A stretch of 64,000 nt of DNA from an uncultured Bacteroidales bacterium (GTDB taxonomy: Bacteria; Bacteroidota; Bacteroidia; Bacteroidales; Bacteroidaceae): positions 9,444-73,443 of the forward strand of contig CADAGO010000018.1 in NCBI GenBank assembly GCA_902787555.1, written 5' to 3'. Shown here piece after piece: positions 11,132-19,880 of this stretch. The notes below the pieces were generated by a model, which worked only from the letters and a program-made list of their open reading frames with translations, had not been told where the DNA came from and did not search any database. The position numbers and the translations under genes are program-made. Every line of letters starts with the position of its first letter. The stretch's first letter is position 1.

Positions 11132-12211
11132 CTATCCTTCGCGGAAGAAATCGAGTGTTTCGTAGATTTCTTCTTGAGTGGCGGTCTGATTGATACGAAT
11201 GTCACCAATCCCTCCCAGTAAAGTGAAGTTGATGATACCATCAGCGTTTTTCTTGTCGTGCGTCATCAACTCATAGAGTTCGGGATAGTCGTCGCAGGTA
11301 ATGGGGAGCGTTCCATAGTTCTCCTTGATGAAACGTACCACTTGCCGCATCGTTTCTGTTGGGAATCCTGTCTTGATGACAGAGAGGTAGAGTTCGCATA
11401 TCAATCCCCATGCTACAGCATAGCCGTGCAGCACAGGTTTACGGGTCAGAGCCCAACTCTCAAAAGCATGTCCGACGGTATGTCCCAGATTGAGTGCCTT
11501 GCGGATGCCATGCTCCTGCGGGTCTTCCTCTACAATCTTTTCCTTGACAGCAACACTCTCACCCACCATCTGACCAAGCAAAGGGTAATCAATGTGGTCG
11601 AGGTCGAACGTGAGGAGCGTGGAGATGCCCCCCTCTAATTCCCCCCTCAATGGGGAGGACTGTGAGCGTGAAGAGATGAGCCCGTGTTTCAGCATCTCAG
11701 CATAGCCAGAACAGATGTTTTCGTGGTCGAGTGTGCGCAGGAACTCAGTGTCGATGATGACGGTCTCGGGTGTACGGAACACTCCGATTTCGTTTTTCAG
11801 TCCGTTGAAGTTGATTCCCGTCTTCCCTCCTACACTTGCATCGACCATTGATAGTAGGGTAGTAGGGATGTTGATGTAGGGAATGCCACGCTTGAATGTA
11901 GAGGCTGCAAATCCCCCGAGATCGGTCACCATACCGCCTCCCAGATTGACCATGAGTGAATGACGGCTACCGCCTCCTGTACTGAGTGCTGTCCATACAG
12001 ATGCCAGCGTATCGAGGTTCTTATGAGTGTCGGTCGCCCCGATGACGATTGACTGTGCATGCTTCATGCAGGGGATTTCAGCAATGAGCGGACGACATAA
12101 GCGGTCGGTTGTTTCGTCGGTCAGCAGAAACAGTCTGTCGTACTCGATAGCTCCTACAGCCTCACTGACAGCTTGATGTATGTTTGTTGATATCACAATC
12201 TTATTTACCAT
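11132..12211 (-). CDS. aroB: 3-dehydroquinate synthase
   Basis: 359-aa ORF. Motifs: NLGGGMVTDLGGFAASTFKRGIPYINIPTTLLSMVDASVGGKTGINF and LNLGHTVGHAFE. Confidence 0.9.
   Translation of the reverse strand: MVNKIVISTNIHQAVSEAVGAIEYDRLFLLTDETTDRLCRPLIAEIPCMKHAQSIVIGATDTHKNLDTLASVWTALSTGGGSRHSLMVNLGGGMVTDLGGFAASTFKRGIPYINIPTTLLSMVDASVGGKTGINFNGLKNEIGVFRTPETVIIDTEFLRTLDHENICSGYAEMLKHGLISSRSQSSPLRGELEGGISTLLTFDLDHIDYPLLGQMVGESVAVKEKIVEEDPQEHGIRKALNLGHTVGHAFESWALTRKPVLHGYAVAWGLICELYLSVIKTGFPTETMRQVVRFIKENYGTLPITCDDYPELYELMTHDKKNADGIINFTLLGGIGDIRINQTATQEEIYETLDFFREG
11627..11659 (-). repeat. 33-nt C4/G6 palindromic element embedded in frame in aroB
   Basis: The minus-strand sense sequence tcctccccattgaggggggaattagaggggggc encodes SSPLRGELEGG. 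It is 28/33 nt identical to 27696..27728, which lies in an unrelated gene. Confidence 0.6.
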
Positions 12212-12233
12212 TGTACTTATTGTTTTTGTGTTG

Positions 12234-12241
12234 CAAAGTTA
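12234..12241 (-). promoter_or_regulatory. -7 promoter box TAACTTTG for aroB
   Basis: Plus-strand caaagtta is TAACTTTG on the minus strand, 23 nt upstream of the ATG at 12211. Confidence 0.45.
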
Positions 12242-12510
12242 GTAAAAATTCTGTTATGCGAATACAAAGACCATACTTTTTTAGGGTTGAGTAATAGTTT
12301 TTAGTTCAGAAGCCGAAAGAAGTACATTTTAAACCTCACTTTTTTTTCGTTTTTATTACTCTTAAGTACTCTTCATTTGTAGGAGTACCCTCAAACTACT
12401 ATTTGAAAAAATCAAGCACTTTTTGTGTGATATCCTTTGTTTAATATAAATAATACACACTCAATGGCATTTTTTGACAAAAAAAGATTGCTTGTGTCCG
12501 AAATTTTATA

Positions 12511-12518
12511 TATATTTG
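12511..12518 (+). promoter_or_regulatory. -7 promoter box TATATTTG for the 12558 gene pair
   Basis: tatatttg matches TAnnTTTG, 40 nt upstream of the ATG at 12558, in a 346-bp AT-rich intergenic region. Confidence 0.45.
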
Positions 12519-12557
12519 CACAAATTTTTACATAAACAATCTTTTAATCAATAAAAA

Positions 12558-13022
12558 ATGAGAAAAATACTATTACTCCTAACGGTGCTTTTTGTTGCAA
12601 TTATGGCAAAAGCTGACGACAAGGTACTACAGATTTTGTTGTCTGATGGTCAGGTGGTCTCCATCAACCTCAGTGAAGAACCACGCACAACTTATCAAGA
12701 TGGTAATCTAGTGATTACAACAACAAAGAATACCATTACTTATCCATTGGAACAAGTCAAGACATTCACTTATTCCTCAGTTGCAACAGGCATTGATAAA
12801 CCCGAGAAGATGGGTGTTGCTTTCTCGAAAGATGGTGAGGTGTTAACCCTTACAGGCTTGAAGCCTCACACCAAAGTCACTCTGTATAACGTATCAGGTC
12901 AGTTGCTCAAGACAATTGACAACAAAGACGACAAGAAGGTTGTTGTCTCCGCTTCTCAGTTCCCATTCGGAATCTATGTGGTTAAAGTAAATGGTGAAAC
13001 CTATAAAATCATGAAGCGATGA
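12558..13022 (+). CDS. Small secreted protein with T9SS C-terminal sorting domain
   Basis: 154-aa ORF with signal peptide MRKILLLLTVLFVAIMAKA. The C-terminal tail VTLYNVSGQLLKTIDN...FGIYVVKVNGETYKIMKR is typical of T9SS CTDs. An ATGA overlap links it to the next gene. Confidence 0.7.
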   Translation: MRKILLLLTVLFVAIMAKADDKVLQILLSDGQVVSINLSEEPRTTYQDGNLVITTTKNTITYPLEQVKTFTYSSVATGIDKPEKMGVAFSKDGEVLTLTGLKPHTKVTLYNVSGQLLKTIDNKDDKKVVVSASQFPFGIYVVKVNGETYKIMKR

Positions 13023-15226
13023 AAACAAGACTCATAAAAAGCGTATTAGCCCTTTTGCTAACATTCTTGGCCCTTCCGATGATGGGACAAGACTTCATGA
13101 ATGTATATTTTAAGAATGGTGATTACCACAAGTTCTATATGAAGAACATATTAGAAATAACTACCTCTAAGTATGATGCAGAGGGAATTCCGCATAGTGA
13201 CTATGACTTCCAGCATGTGACTACTCTACATAATAAATACGTTTATGCTTTGAGCGACGTTGATTGCATTACGTTTACTAAGTGTGATGAGGAGCAAGTT
13301 AAAGCAAATATAAATGCCGCTATGCCTAAAATATATTCATTACTATCAGGATGCTCAAGTATCATTGATGTAGAAAAGAGTATTAGTAGTTTCAAGGAAA
13401 TAGAAGAATTAGAAGACGCTTGGTGTGATGGTCATGAATTATATGTGTCGATTCCCGGCTTAGGACCTATGTCGTTCTTTTTCCCTCATGAAATTGAAGA
13501 GAAGGTGGTTGAAACTACTCCAAAGCGTATTGGTAAAATAAAAGAACAACTTGTTGAGCGGACTAAAACTTTTGAAACTGAAGAACGGAAAATCAAGGCT
13601 GTTATTGCAAATCAAAATGCTAGTATTCTTGACAACGTGCGTACAGATTTTGATGGTTTGGAAGATGATTTTAAGTTTTGTCATGTTGATGTGGATTACG
13701 ACAAGAAGGAACCACTACTGAGTTTCTTTTTGACAGACATTTACAATTATGATCTTGTTTTTCTTAAGACACATGGAGCATTCGATGGTACACAGCATTG
13801 GTTATTGACATCATCTGTATTAGGTAAAAGCTTCATAAATCCAGAAGGAAACGACAAAAAGTGGGCAAAGTATTATGAGAATCTGCTGGACACAATTAAT
13901 AGTGACAAATATAAAGATAAGGAATTAGTATACGGAAAACACGTTGGTATTAGTTGGGCCGCCACGGAGATTGGTTATTATCATCCGTGTATTAAAGTCT
14001 CTGAAAGCTGCCTTAAGGACAAGTCAGAAGGTCAATTCCCTACAAAAAACTCAATTCTATTCAATGGAGCTTGTGAATCATTAATGGGTAGTGAGTCATT
14101 AGCCGCCTTATATTTGGACTATAGAAACCTGGGAATATATTTTGGATATGACAGAAGCAATAGTGGCGGACCTGTTGCTGGGTGTGACTTTTTTAGATCA
14201 TTACTTAAAGGAAAGTCTGTGACAAAAGCATATAATGACATACCTTATGAATATAGGGATGAAAGTGAATTATGGTATGCATTTTTTGGAGCACAATTAC
14301 ATCCAGTCACTCGAATGTCTGGTAAAGAATGTAACAACCTATATCTATTCCCTGTTTATACAGATAGATTATATGATAATATAGTCAATGACCAATACCA
14401 ACAAGTACATTATGTTGAACTAAATGGTGAGACAAAAACACTTGATGCCGACGCTATTGAATATGGCTTTTTCTATGGCATAGACGGAAATCTTGACAAA
14501 CAGATTTCTGACGTACAACTTTCATATTACGGAAAGACAGATAATATACTTTTTCAAGGAAAGTTGATAGATATTGAATTTGACAAAAAATACAGTTATC
14601 AAGCTTATACCTACGATGGCCAAAACTATAATTTGGGTGAAGTTCGTACCTTCACTATTCATAAACCAACCGACATTCCAGCCGAAGCAATTGATCTTGG
14701 CTTGCCAAGTGGTACACTTTGGGCCAGCTATAATATAGGCGCTACCAAACCTGAGGAATATGGGGATTATTTCTCATGGGGAGAGACAGAAGTGAGAGAT
14801 AAGTATTATTTTACCACTTATAGCCTATGTGATGGTACAGTCACTTCATGCCACGACATCGGAGAAAACATCAGCGGAACTAAGTATGACGTAGCTCACG
14901 TGAAGTGGGGTAATGGATGGTGTATGCCAACTAAAGACGACTTCAGAGAACTTGTATACAATTGTGATTATAAAGAAACGACCTTGAATGGTGTGAAAGG
15001 ATTCCAATTTACAGGATCCAATGGCAAGTATATTTTCCTGCCCTATACAGGGTATTGCTGGGATACAGAGAACAGCAAAGCAGGGACTGAAGGTAGTTAT
15101 TGGTCTGCCACACAAACGACTAGCGTCAACAAGGCTCATGAAATGAGCTTCAGGAACGACCGAATGCTTTGGGATTGTTATATTAACCGCTTTGCAGGAT
15201 TAACTGTGCGTCCAGTCAAGCGTTGA
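13019..15226 (+). CDS. Secreted 735-aa protein: possible clan-CD (legumain-like) His/Cys module plus C-terminal FISUMP/DUF1566-like domain
   Basis: The signal peptide ends ...LALPMMGQ. LVFLKTHGAFDG and ILFNGACESLMG resemble the His-Gly and Ala-Cys-Glu-Ser catalytic blocks of legumain-type peptidases. The C-terminus (LPSGTLWASYNIGA..YGDYFSWGETE..WGNGWCMPTKDDFRELV..GSYWSAT..AGLTVRPVK) resembles the Fibrobacter-paralogous/DUF1566-like domain common in Bacteroidales. The functional call is tentative. Confidence 0.55.
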   Translation: MKTRLIKSVLALLLTFLALPMMGQDFMNVYFKNGDYHKFYMKNILEITTSKYDAEGIPHSDYDFQHVTTLHNKYVYALSDVDCITFTKCDEEQVKANINAAMPKIYSLLSGCSSIIDVEKSISSFKEIEELEDAWCDGHELYVSIPGLGPMSFFFPHEIEEKVVETTPKRIGKIKEQLVERTKTFETEERKIKAVIANQNASILDNVRTDFDGLEDDFKFCHVDVDYDKKEPLLSFFLTDIYNYDLVFLKTHGAFDGTQHWLLTSSVLGKSFINPEGNDKKWAKYYENLLDTINSDKYKDKELVYGKHVGISWAATEIGYYHPCIKVSESCLKDKSEGQFPTKNSILFNGACESLMGSESLAALYLDYRNLGIYFGYDRSNSGGPVAGCDFFRSLLKGKSVTKAYNDIPYEYRDESELWYAFFGAQLHPVTRMSGKECNNLYLFPVYTDRLYDNIVNDQYQQVHYVELNGETKTLDADAIEYGFFYGIDGNLDKQISDVQLSYYGKTDNILFQGKLIDIEFDKKYSYQAYTYDGQNYNLGEVRTFTIHKPTDIPAEAIDLGLPSGTLWASYNIGATKPEEYGDYFSWGETEVRDKYYFTTYSLCDGTVTSCHDIGENISGTKYDVAHVKWGNGWCMPTKDDFRELVYNCDYKETTLNGVKGFQFTGSNGKYIFLPYTGYCWDTENSKAGTEGSYWSATQTTSVNKAHEMSFRNDRMLWDCYINRFAGLTVRPVKR

Positions 15227-15255
15227 GGATTATAAGTTGTATACTTTAATTGTTG

Positions 15256-15288
15256 TCCAGCCGCTGTATTTCAAGTACAGCGGCTGGA
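15256..15288. terminator. Bidirectional rho-independent terminator
   Basis: Perfect 13-bp stem tccagccgctgta / tacagcggctgga with a 7-nt loop, followed by ttatttt. It lies between convergent genes ending at 15226 (+) and 15388 (-). Confidence 0.7.
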
Positions 15289-15387
15289 TTATTTTGATAA
15301 GGTGAACAGATTCTTGAAATCTTTGAATAGTCTAAAAGGGTGAAGATGATTTCACTAGTTGTTTTTCTTTTTTGTACCTAATCGAAG

Positions 15388-16254
15388 TTATTTCGCAAAC
15401 CCTTTAGCTTGGAGCCACAGTATCAGTTGCTGGCTCCATGCTTCAGTTGTGGTGTTGCCTGTTTCTGGCATGAGTGTATATGGTCCTCGTCCGTCACCAT
15501 ACACGTGTAGCTCTGCATTGGCTCCTGCTTTTTTCCATTCGAGGAATAGGGCTAACAGACCTGCTGCCACGTTGGGGTGTTCTGCCCGTGTCATGATCAG
15601 GAGAGGGGGAGCTTGCTGTGGAACGGTCACTTTCATCAGCGACGGACCGTAGCAGGAGCATAGGAAGTCGGGACGTTCCATCGGGTCGGTAGCCTGGATA
15701 GTCGCTCCTACTGCAACACCTCCGCCTGCAGAGAACCCTAAAAAGCCGATTTTGTGTTCGTCGATATTCCATTCCTTAGCATGCTGGCGTACGAACTTTA
15801 TGGCTGCCTTCCCATCGTTGGCTGCCAGTTGAATGATACTGTCGCCAGCAGGGTAGTGCATTGGGTTGGCATCAGCTTGTGGGAATTGTTCAAATTTGGT
15901 AACATCGACCATAGGTGCCATCTGCATACCTGCGCCTCCTCGTGGTGCTCCTGTAATTTGTGTATAAAGGTGGTATCGCAGTCCGATAGCAGCGATACCT
16001 CGCTCGTTGAGGAATGTTGCCATTTGTTTCACATCGCTGTCCCATGCAAGTGCACGCATTCCTCCACCAGGACAAAGCACAACAGCACATCCGTTTGCTT
16101 TGTCGGTTTTTGGCAAATACACTTCAATCGTACCGGAACTGGTATTTGTTCCCTGCTCGTATGTGGGCAGGTTGTAAGTCTGTTGTGCAAAGATGTCAAT
16201 GCTGCTAATGATGAGCAGGGCAGACAATGTTGCTGTAAGTAATTGTCGTTTCAT
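15388..16254 (-). CDS. Secreted alpha/beta hydrolase (esterase/lipase, Abhydrolase_3-like)
   Basis: 288-aa ORF with a signal peptide. It has the oxyanion-type CPGGGM block and the nucleophile elbow GFSAGGG. Confidence 0.75.
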   Translation of the reverse strand: MKRQLLTATLSALLIISSIDIFAQQTYNLPTYEQGTNTSSGTIEVYLPKTDKANGCAVVLCPGGGMRALAWDSDVKQMATFLNERGIAAIGLRYHLYTQITGAPRGGAGMQMAPMVDVTKFEQFPQADANPMHYPAGDSIIQLAANDGKAAIKFVRQHAKEWNIDEHKIGFLGFSAGGGVAVGATIQATDPMERPDFLCSCYGPSLMKVTVPQQAPPLLIMTRAEHPNVAAGLLALFLEWKKAGANAELHVYGDGRGPYTLMPETGNTTTEAWSQQLILWLQAKGFAK

Positions 16255-16286
16255 GCGTTGTCGTAGTGTTGATAGTTTTTACGCTG

Positions 16287-16294
16287 CAAATTTA
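16287..16294 (-). promoter_or_regulatory. -7 promoter box TAAATTTG for the alpha/beta hydrolase gene
   Basis: Plus-strand caaattta is TAAATTTG on the minus strand, 33 nt upstream of the ATG at 16254. Confidence 0.45.
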
Positions 16295-16547
16295 TATAAA
16301 AAATTTGAGACTCAAAGTCAGTCTGAATAAAAAGTATCATAAATAGAGTTGAAAATAACCAAAGTGATGAAAAACACCTTTATAATTATATAATTGAGGT
16401 GTGAAAGAGTAAAAAATATAAGAAATAGGAGTTTTTTTGCAATTTTGTTTGGTCGTTCACAAAATTATTCCCAAATTTGCACGACATAGCGTGATAAAAG
16501 TTTATAGTAAGCAAACAAAAACTAAGTAAAATATTAACAACAAAATT

Positions 16548-17189
16548 ATGAAGGTAATGAAAACAAAGTTTTTTTATTTAGTAGCGATCATGGTAGGCAT
16601 GATGTATAGCACAGCCGTTAATGCACAGGAAGATGCTCAGACCGTTAAGGAGCAGAAAGCCATCATGAAACAAGCAACCAAGGATGCCAAGAAGCAAGCA
16701 AAGGCATTAAAGAAAGAGGGTTGGAAAGTAGCTGCTGGTAGCGCTCCAATGGAGACCCAGTTGGCAGAACTCTTAGTAAAGGAACGTGGAGGTCAGTCGG
16801 GTCTGCCTCAGTATATCATTGGCAGACAAGAAGCGCTCTCTGGCAGTCAAGGTGCAGCTCGTACGATTGCAATATCACGTGCTCGTAATGAAATTGCTGG
16901 CATCATCAATACGAAAGTTGCTGGCATCTTGGAAAGTACAATGGTTAATGTGCAGACTTCATCGGTTGATGTAGCTACCAATATGACTGATAAGAGTACC
17001 ACGAAACAGTTGATTGACCAATCGCTCGACAATACGAAGATCATACTTCAAATCTATCGTGAGGTGAACAACAACACACAGTACCAGATTGGTATGGCTT
17101 TCGAGGACTCTATGGCAAAAGAGATACTCAAGAAAGTGATGAGCGACGCAAGTGCTGAGCAGAAAGCAAAAGCAGAAGCTAAGTGGTAA
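16548..17189 (+). CDS. Secreted LPP20-like protein (operon gene 1)
   Basis: 213-aa ORF with a signal peptide ending ...TAVNAQ, K-rich helical termini and a core GAARTIAISRARNEIAGIINTKVAGILES that resembles the LPP20 lipoprotein family (by eye). Confidence 0.55.
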   Translation: MKVMKTKFFYLVAIMVGMMYSTAVNAQEDAQTVKEQKAIMKQATKDAKKQAKALKKEGWKVAAGSAPMETQLAELLVKERGGQSGLPQYIIGRQEALSGSQGAARTIAISRARNEIAGIINTKVAGILESTMVNVQTSSVDVATNMTDKSTTKQLIDQSLDNTKIILQIYREVNNNTQYQIGMAFEDSMAKEILKKVMSDASAEQKAKAEAKW

Positions 17190-17224
17190 GTAAAGTTTAT
17201 AGTTTATAGTTTAAAGATAGAATT

Positions 17225-19156
17225 ATGCATTATAAATTATGCATTAAGTCATTTGTTATTACCATCATCTGTTGTTTGATGCCATTATCGGCCTTCGCAC
17301 AGGACATGTTGGTGTACTATGTGGTAGGTAATGTGACCTACACATCGAATGGTACTTCAACTCCCTTGACGATGAACACCCGTATCGCACCGACAACAGT
17401 GATTAACGTACCAGCTGATAGTAGGGTAGAGTTGATTGACGTGAAGAACGCCAAGCGTATCATTCTGCTCGCATCAGGAAAGGGTGCAGTCAGCACGTTG
17501 TCGAAAAACAAAGGTAATACTGTCACAAGTGTTTCGCAGCAGTATGTGCAGTATGTGCTGCAACAGATGGACAATGACCAATTGACAGCATTGAAGCAGC
17601 ATAGTCGCGACAGCGAGCAGATGGCCAATCTGCTAAAGTCTATCGAGGATAGTGAGTCGGATGACAATGGGTTTGCTGATATGTTCAATGAATTCCGGGA
17701 AGATATCCATAAGGAGTTTGAGGAATTCCGCAGGAAGAACAACGAGGAGTATGCCGAGTTTGTGCGCCAGATATGGAAGCAGTTTAAGGCGGCTCCAGTT
17801 ATGCCTAAACCTCAGGATGACTTCATCAAACCTGTTGTGTATGAAGGTCCTGAAGGGGAACCACAGCAAACAGATATGTGGAGATTCCTTGCAAAGATAG
17901 AACGTGTTGCCAAGAAAATCTTCAAGCCTAACAAGGATGAAGTAGAGAAAATGCAGGGCAAAAAACGTCCGAAGCCTGCTACGCCTAAGAAGGTTGAGGA
18001 AACGAAAGAGCAACCGATTCAAGAAGTGAAGATTCCAAAGTCGCAGACCCAGTTTGCTTCGATGCCTTTTACCTTCTTTGGTACCGAGATGTCGGTCCGT
18101 ATTGATGAGAGTCGTCGCTTGTATCTTGGTAAGGTGACCCCCGACAATGTGGCTGACCTCATTCTCAATCAGTTGTCAACGAAGTATTACGACAATACAA
18201 TTGTCGACTGTCTGGCCTTGCGCGAGAAATATAACCTCTGTGACTGGGCATACTTGCTGATGCTGCAGACAATCAGCGACACATTCTGTGGAAAGGATAC
18301 AAAAGAGTCTGCCCTGTTAACAGGCTATATCTATTGTCAGTCGGGGTATAAAATCCGTTTCGCTACTGATGCTACACGAGATAATCTATATCTGTTAGTA
18401 GGAAGCCGCCATTTCATCTATGGAAAGTCACCTTGGATGCTGGATGGAGACTTCTACTATCCTGTTCTTGAAACCACTCCGACAAGTCTGCTTATTTGCG
18501 AAGCAGCCTATCCGCAGGAACAGAAATTGTCGCTATTTATTCCTACAACACCTCATTTTACAGAAGAATGGAACGAAGAGCGCGAAGTAGCATCACAGCG
18601 TTATCCAGAGGTAAAGATTCATGTGAAGGTGAACCAGAACCTCATGAATTTCTACGAGACCTATCCATCCTCACGTATCGGTGATGATTTCACCACTCGT
18701 TGGGTGATGTATGCCAATACTCCGATGCAGGAAGATATTAAGAACCAAATTTATCCTGAACTCAGTAAGGTGCTTCAAGGAAAGAGTCCCGTGGAGAAGG
18801 TAGAGCGTATTCTAAACCTTATCCAGACCGGACTTGAATATGGCTATGATGACGTGGTGTGGGGAGGCGATCGTGCTTTCTTCTCAGAAGAGACACTTAA
18901 CTATCCGTTGTGTGACTGTGAAGACCGCTCGATACTCTTTACCCGTCTTGTCCGCGATTTGGTAGGACTGAAGTGTGCATTGATATACTATCCCGGACAC
19001 TTGGCAGCAGCGGTTCATTTTGACGAAGAAGTGGGTGGTGTTCGCTATATGCTTGATAACGTACCTTACGTTGTTTGCGATGCTACCTATATTGGAGCTT
19101 CGGTAGGTATGCAGATGCCTGACTGCGATGATGCAACCCTGATAGCGATTGAGTAA
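17225..19156 (+). CDS. Secreted protein: FecR-like N-terminal module, charged linker, C-terminal transglutaminase-like (papain-fold) domain (operon gene 2)
   Basis: 643-aa ORF with a signal peptide ending ...LSAFAQ. The N-terminal beta-rich segment is VVGNVTYTSNGTSTPLTMNTRIAPTTVINVPADSRVELID. It is followed by a K/E/P-rich linker. The C-terminal Cys-His-Asp pattern is PLCDCEDRSILFTRLVRDLVGL...YYPGHLAAAVHF...VVCDATY. Confidence 0.6.
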   Translation: MHYKLCIKSFVITIICCLMPLSAFAQDMLVYYVVGNVTYTSNGTSTPLTMNTRIAPTTVINVPADSRVELIDVKNAKRIILLASGKGAVSTLSKNKGNTVTSVSQQYVQYVLQQMDNDQLTALKQHSRDSEQMANLLKSIEDSESDDNGFADMFNEFREDIHKEFEEFRRKNNEEYAEFVRQIWKQFKAAPVMPKPQDDFIKPVVYEGPEGEPQQTDMWRFLAKIERVAKKIFKPNKDEVEKMQGKKRPKPATPKKVEETKEQPIQEVKIPKSQTQFASMPFTFFGTEMSVRIDESRRLYLGKVTPDNVADLILNQLSTKYYDNTIVDCLALREKYNLCDWAYLLMLQTISDTFCGKDTKESALLTGYIYCQSGYKIRFATDATRDNLYLLVGSRHFIYGKSPWMLDGDFYYPVLETTPTSLLICEAAYPQEQKLSLFIPTTPHFTEEWNEEREVASQRYPEVKIHVKVNQNLMNFYETYPSSRIGDDFTTRWVMYANTPMQEDIKNQIYPELSKVLQGKSPVEKVERILNLIQTGLEYGYDDVVWGGDRAFFSEETLNYPLCDCEDRSILFTRLVRDLVGLKCALIYYPGHLAAAVHFDEEVGGVRYMLDNVPYVVCDATYIGASVGMQMPDCDDATLIAIE

Positions 19157-19181
19157 AAACATAACAGTAAAAGTTGAAATT

Positions 19182-19880
19182 GTGAGAATAAAGATTTTTG
19201 TTATATTGCTTTTTGCGACACTGACTTCTGTACAAGCACAGAAGGGTGCCGGGAATGGTGATGTGCGTACCATCAAGGCAGATGTGATGCCTACGCAGGC
19301 AACCGTTACTTTTAATTCCCAACGTATCAATACATTGGCTAACTCACCTGCTGCATCCAAGCAGGGAAAACCACAGTGGGATGTGTATGCCAACACTCCT
19401 ATCAGTGATGAGGTCAAGGCGCAACTTTATCCACAGCTGCGCAAGTATGTTCAGAACTACGGACAGCAGGCAGCAGTGAACGTGCTACTCGACTGGGTGC
19501 AGACCTCTTTCAAGTATACACCTCGTGCGAAGCGTCAGACATCTGGTACAAAAAAGATGGATCGTCCCTTCTATCCAGAGGAGATGCTCTATTATCTGAA
19601 TGGTGATTCAGAGGACTTTGCCATCCTCTTCTCACGTGTCATTCGTGATTTGATGGAGCTCGATGTCGTTTTGGTCAGTTATACTGCGCAAGTGGATGGT
19701 AAGGCATTCAATCACATGGCAACAGCGATTCTCTTCACTGATGACGTGCCAGGCGATGCTATAACCATCGACGAACAGCGCTATGTGATAGCCGATCCTA
19801 CTTATCAGGGAGCACCAGTGGGACATACCCATCCGCATTGTGATAATTCAACTGCTACCATCATACGCCTGAAACGATGA
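19182..19880 (+). CDS. Secreted paralog of the transglutaminase-like domain with Ser in place of the catalytic Cys (operon gene 3)
   Basis: The ORF track starts at a TTG at 19149. An in-frame GTG at 19182 gives a clean signal peptide, (M)RIKIFVILLFATLTSVQAQ, so the start is uncertain. It aligns with the C-terminus of the previous protein: YANTP..QLYP, DRPFYPEE, GDSEDFAILFSRVIRDL, NHMATAILF and IADPTYQGAPVG. Confidence 0.6.
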   Translation: MRIKIFVILLFATLTSVQAQKGAGNGDVRTIKADVMPTQATVTFNSQRINTLANSPAASKQGKPQWDVYANTPISDEVKAQLYPQLRKYVQNYGQQAAVNVLLDWVQTSFKYTPRAKRQTSGTKKMDRPFYPEEMLYYLNGDSEDFAILFSRVIRDLMELDVVLVSYTAQVDGKAFNHMATAILFTDDVPGDAITIDEQRYVIADPTYQGAPVGHTHPHCDNSTATIIRLKR

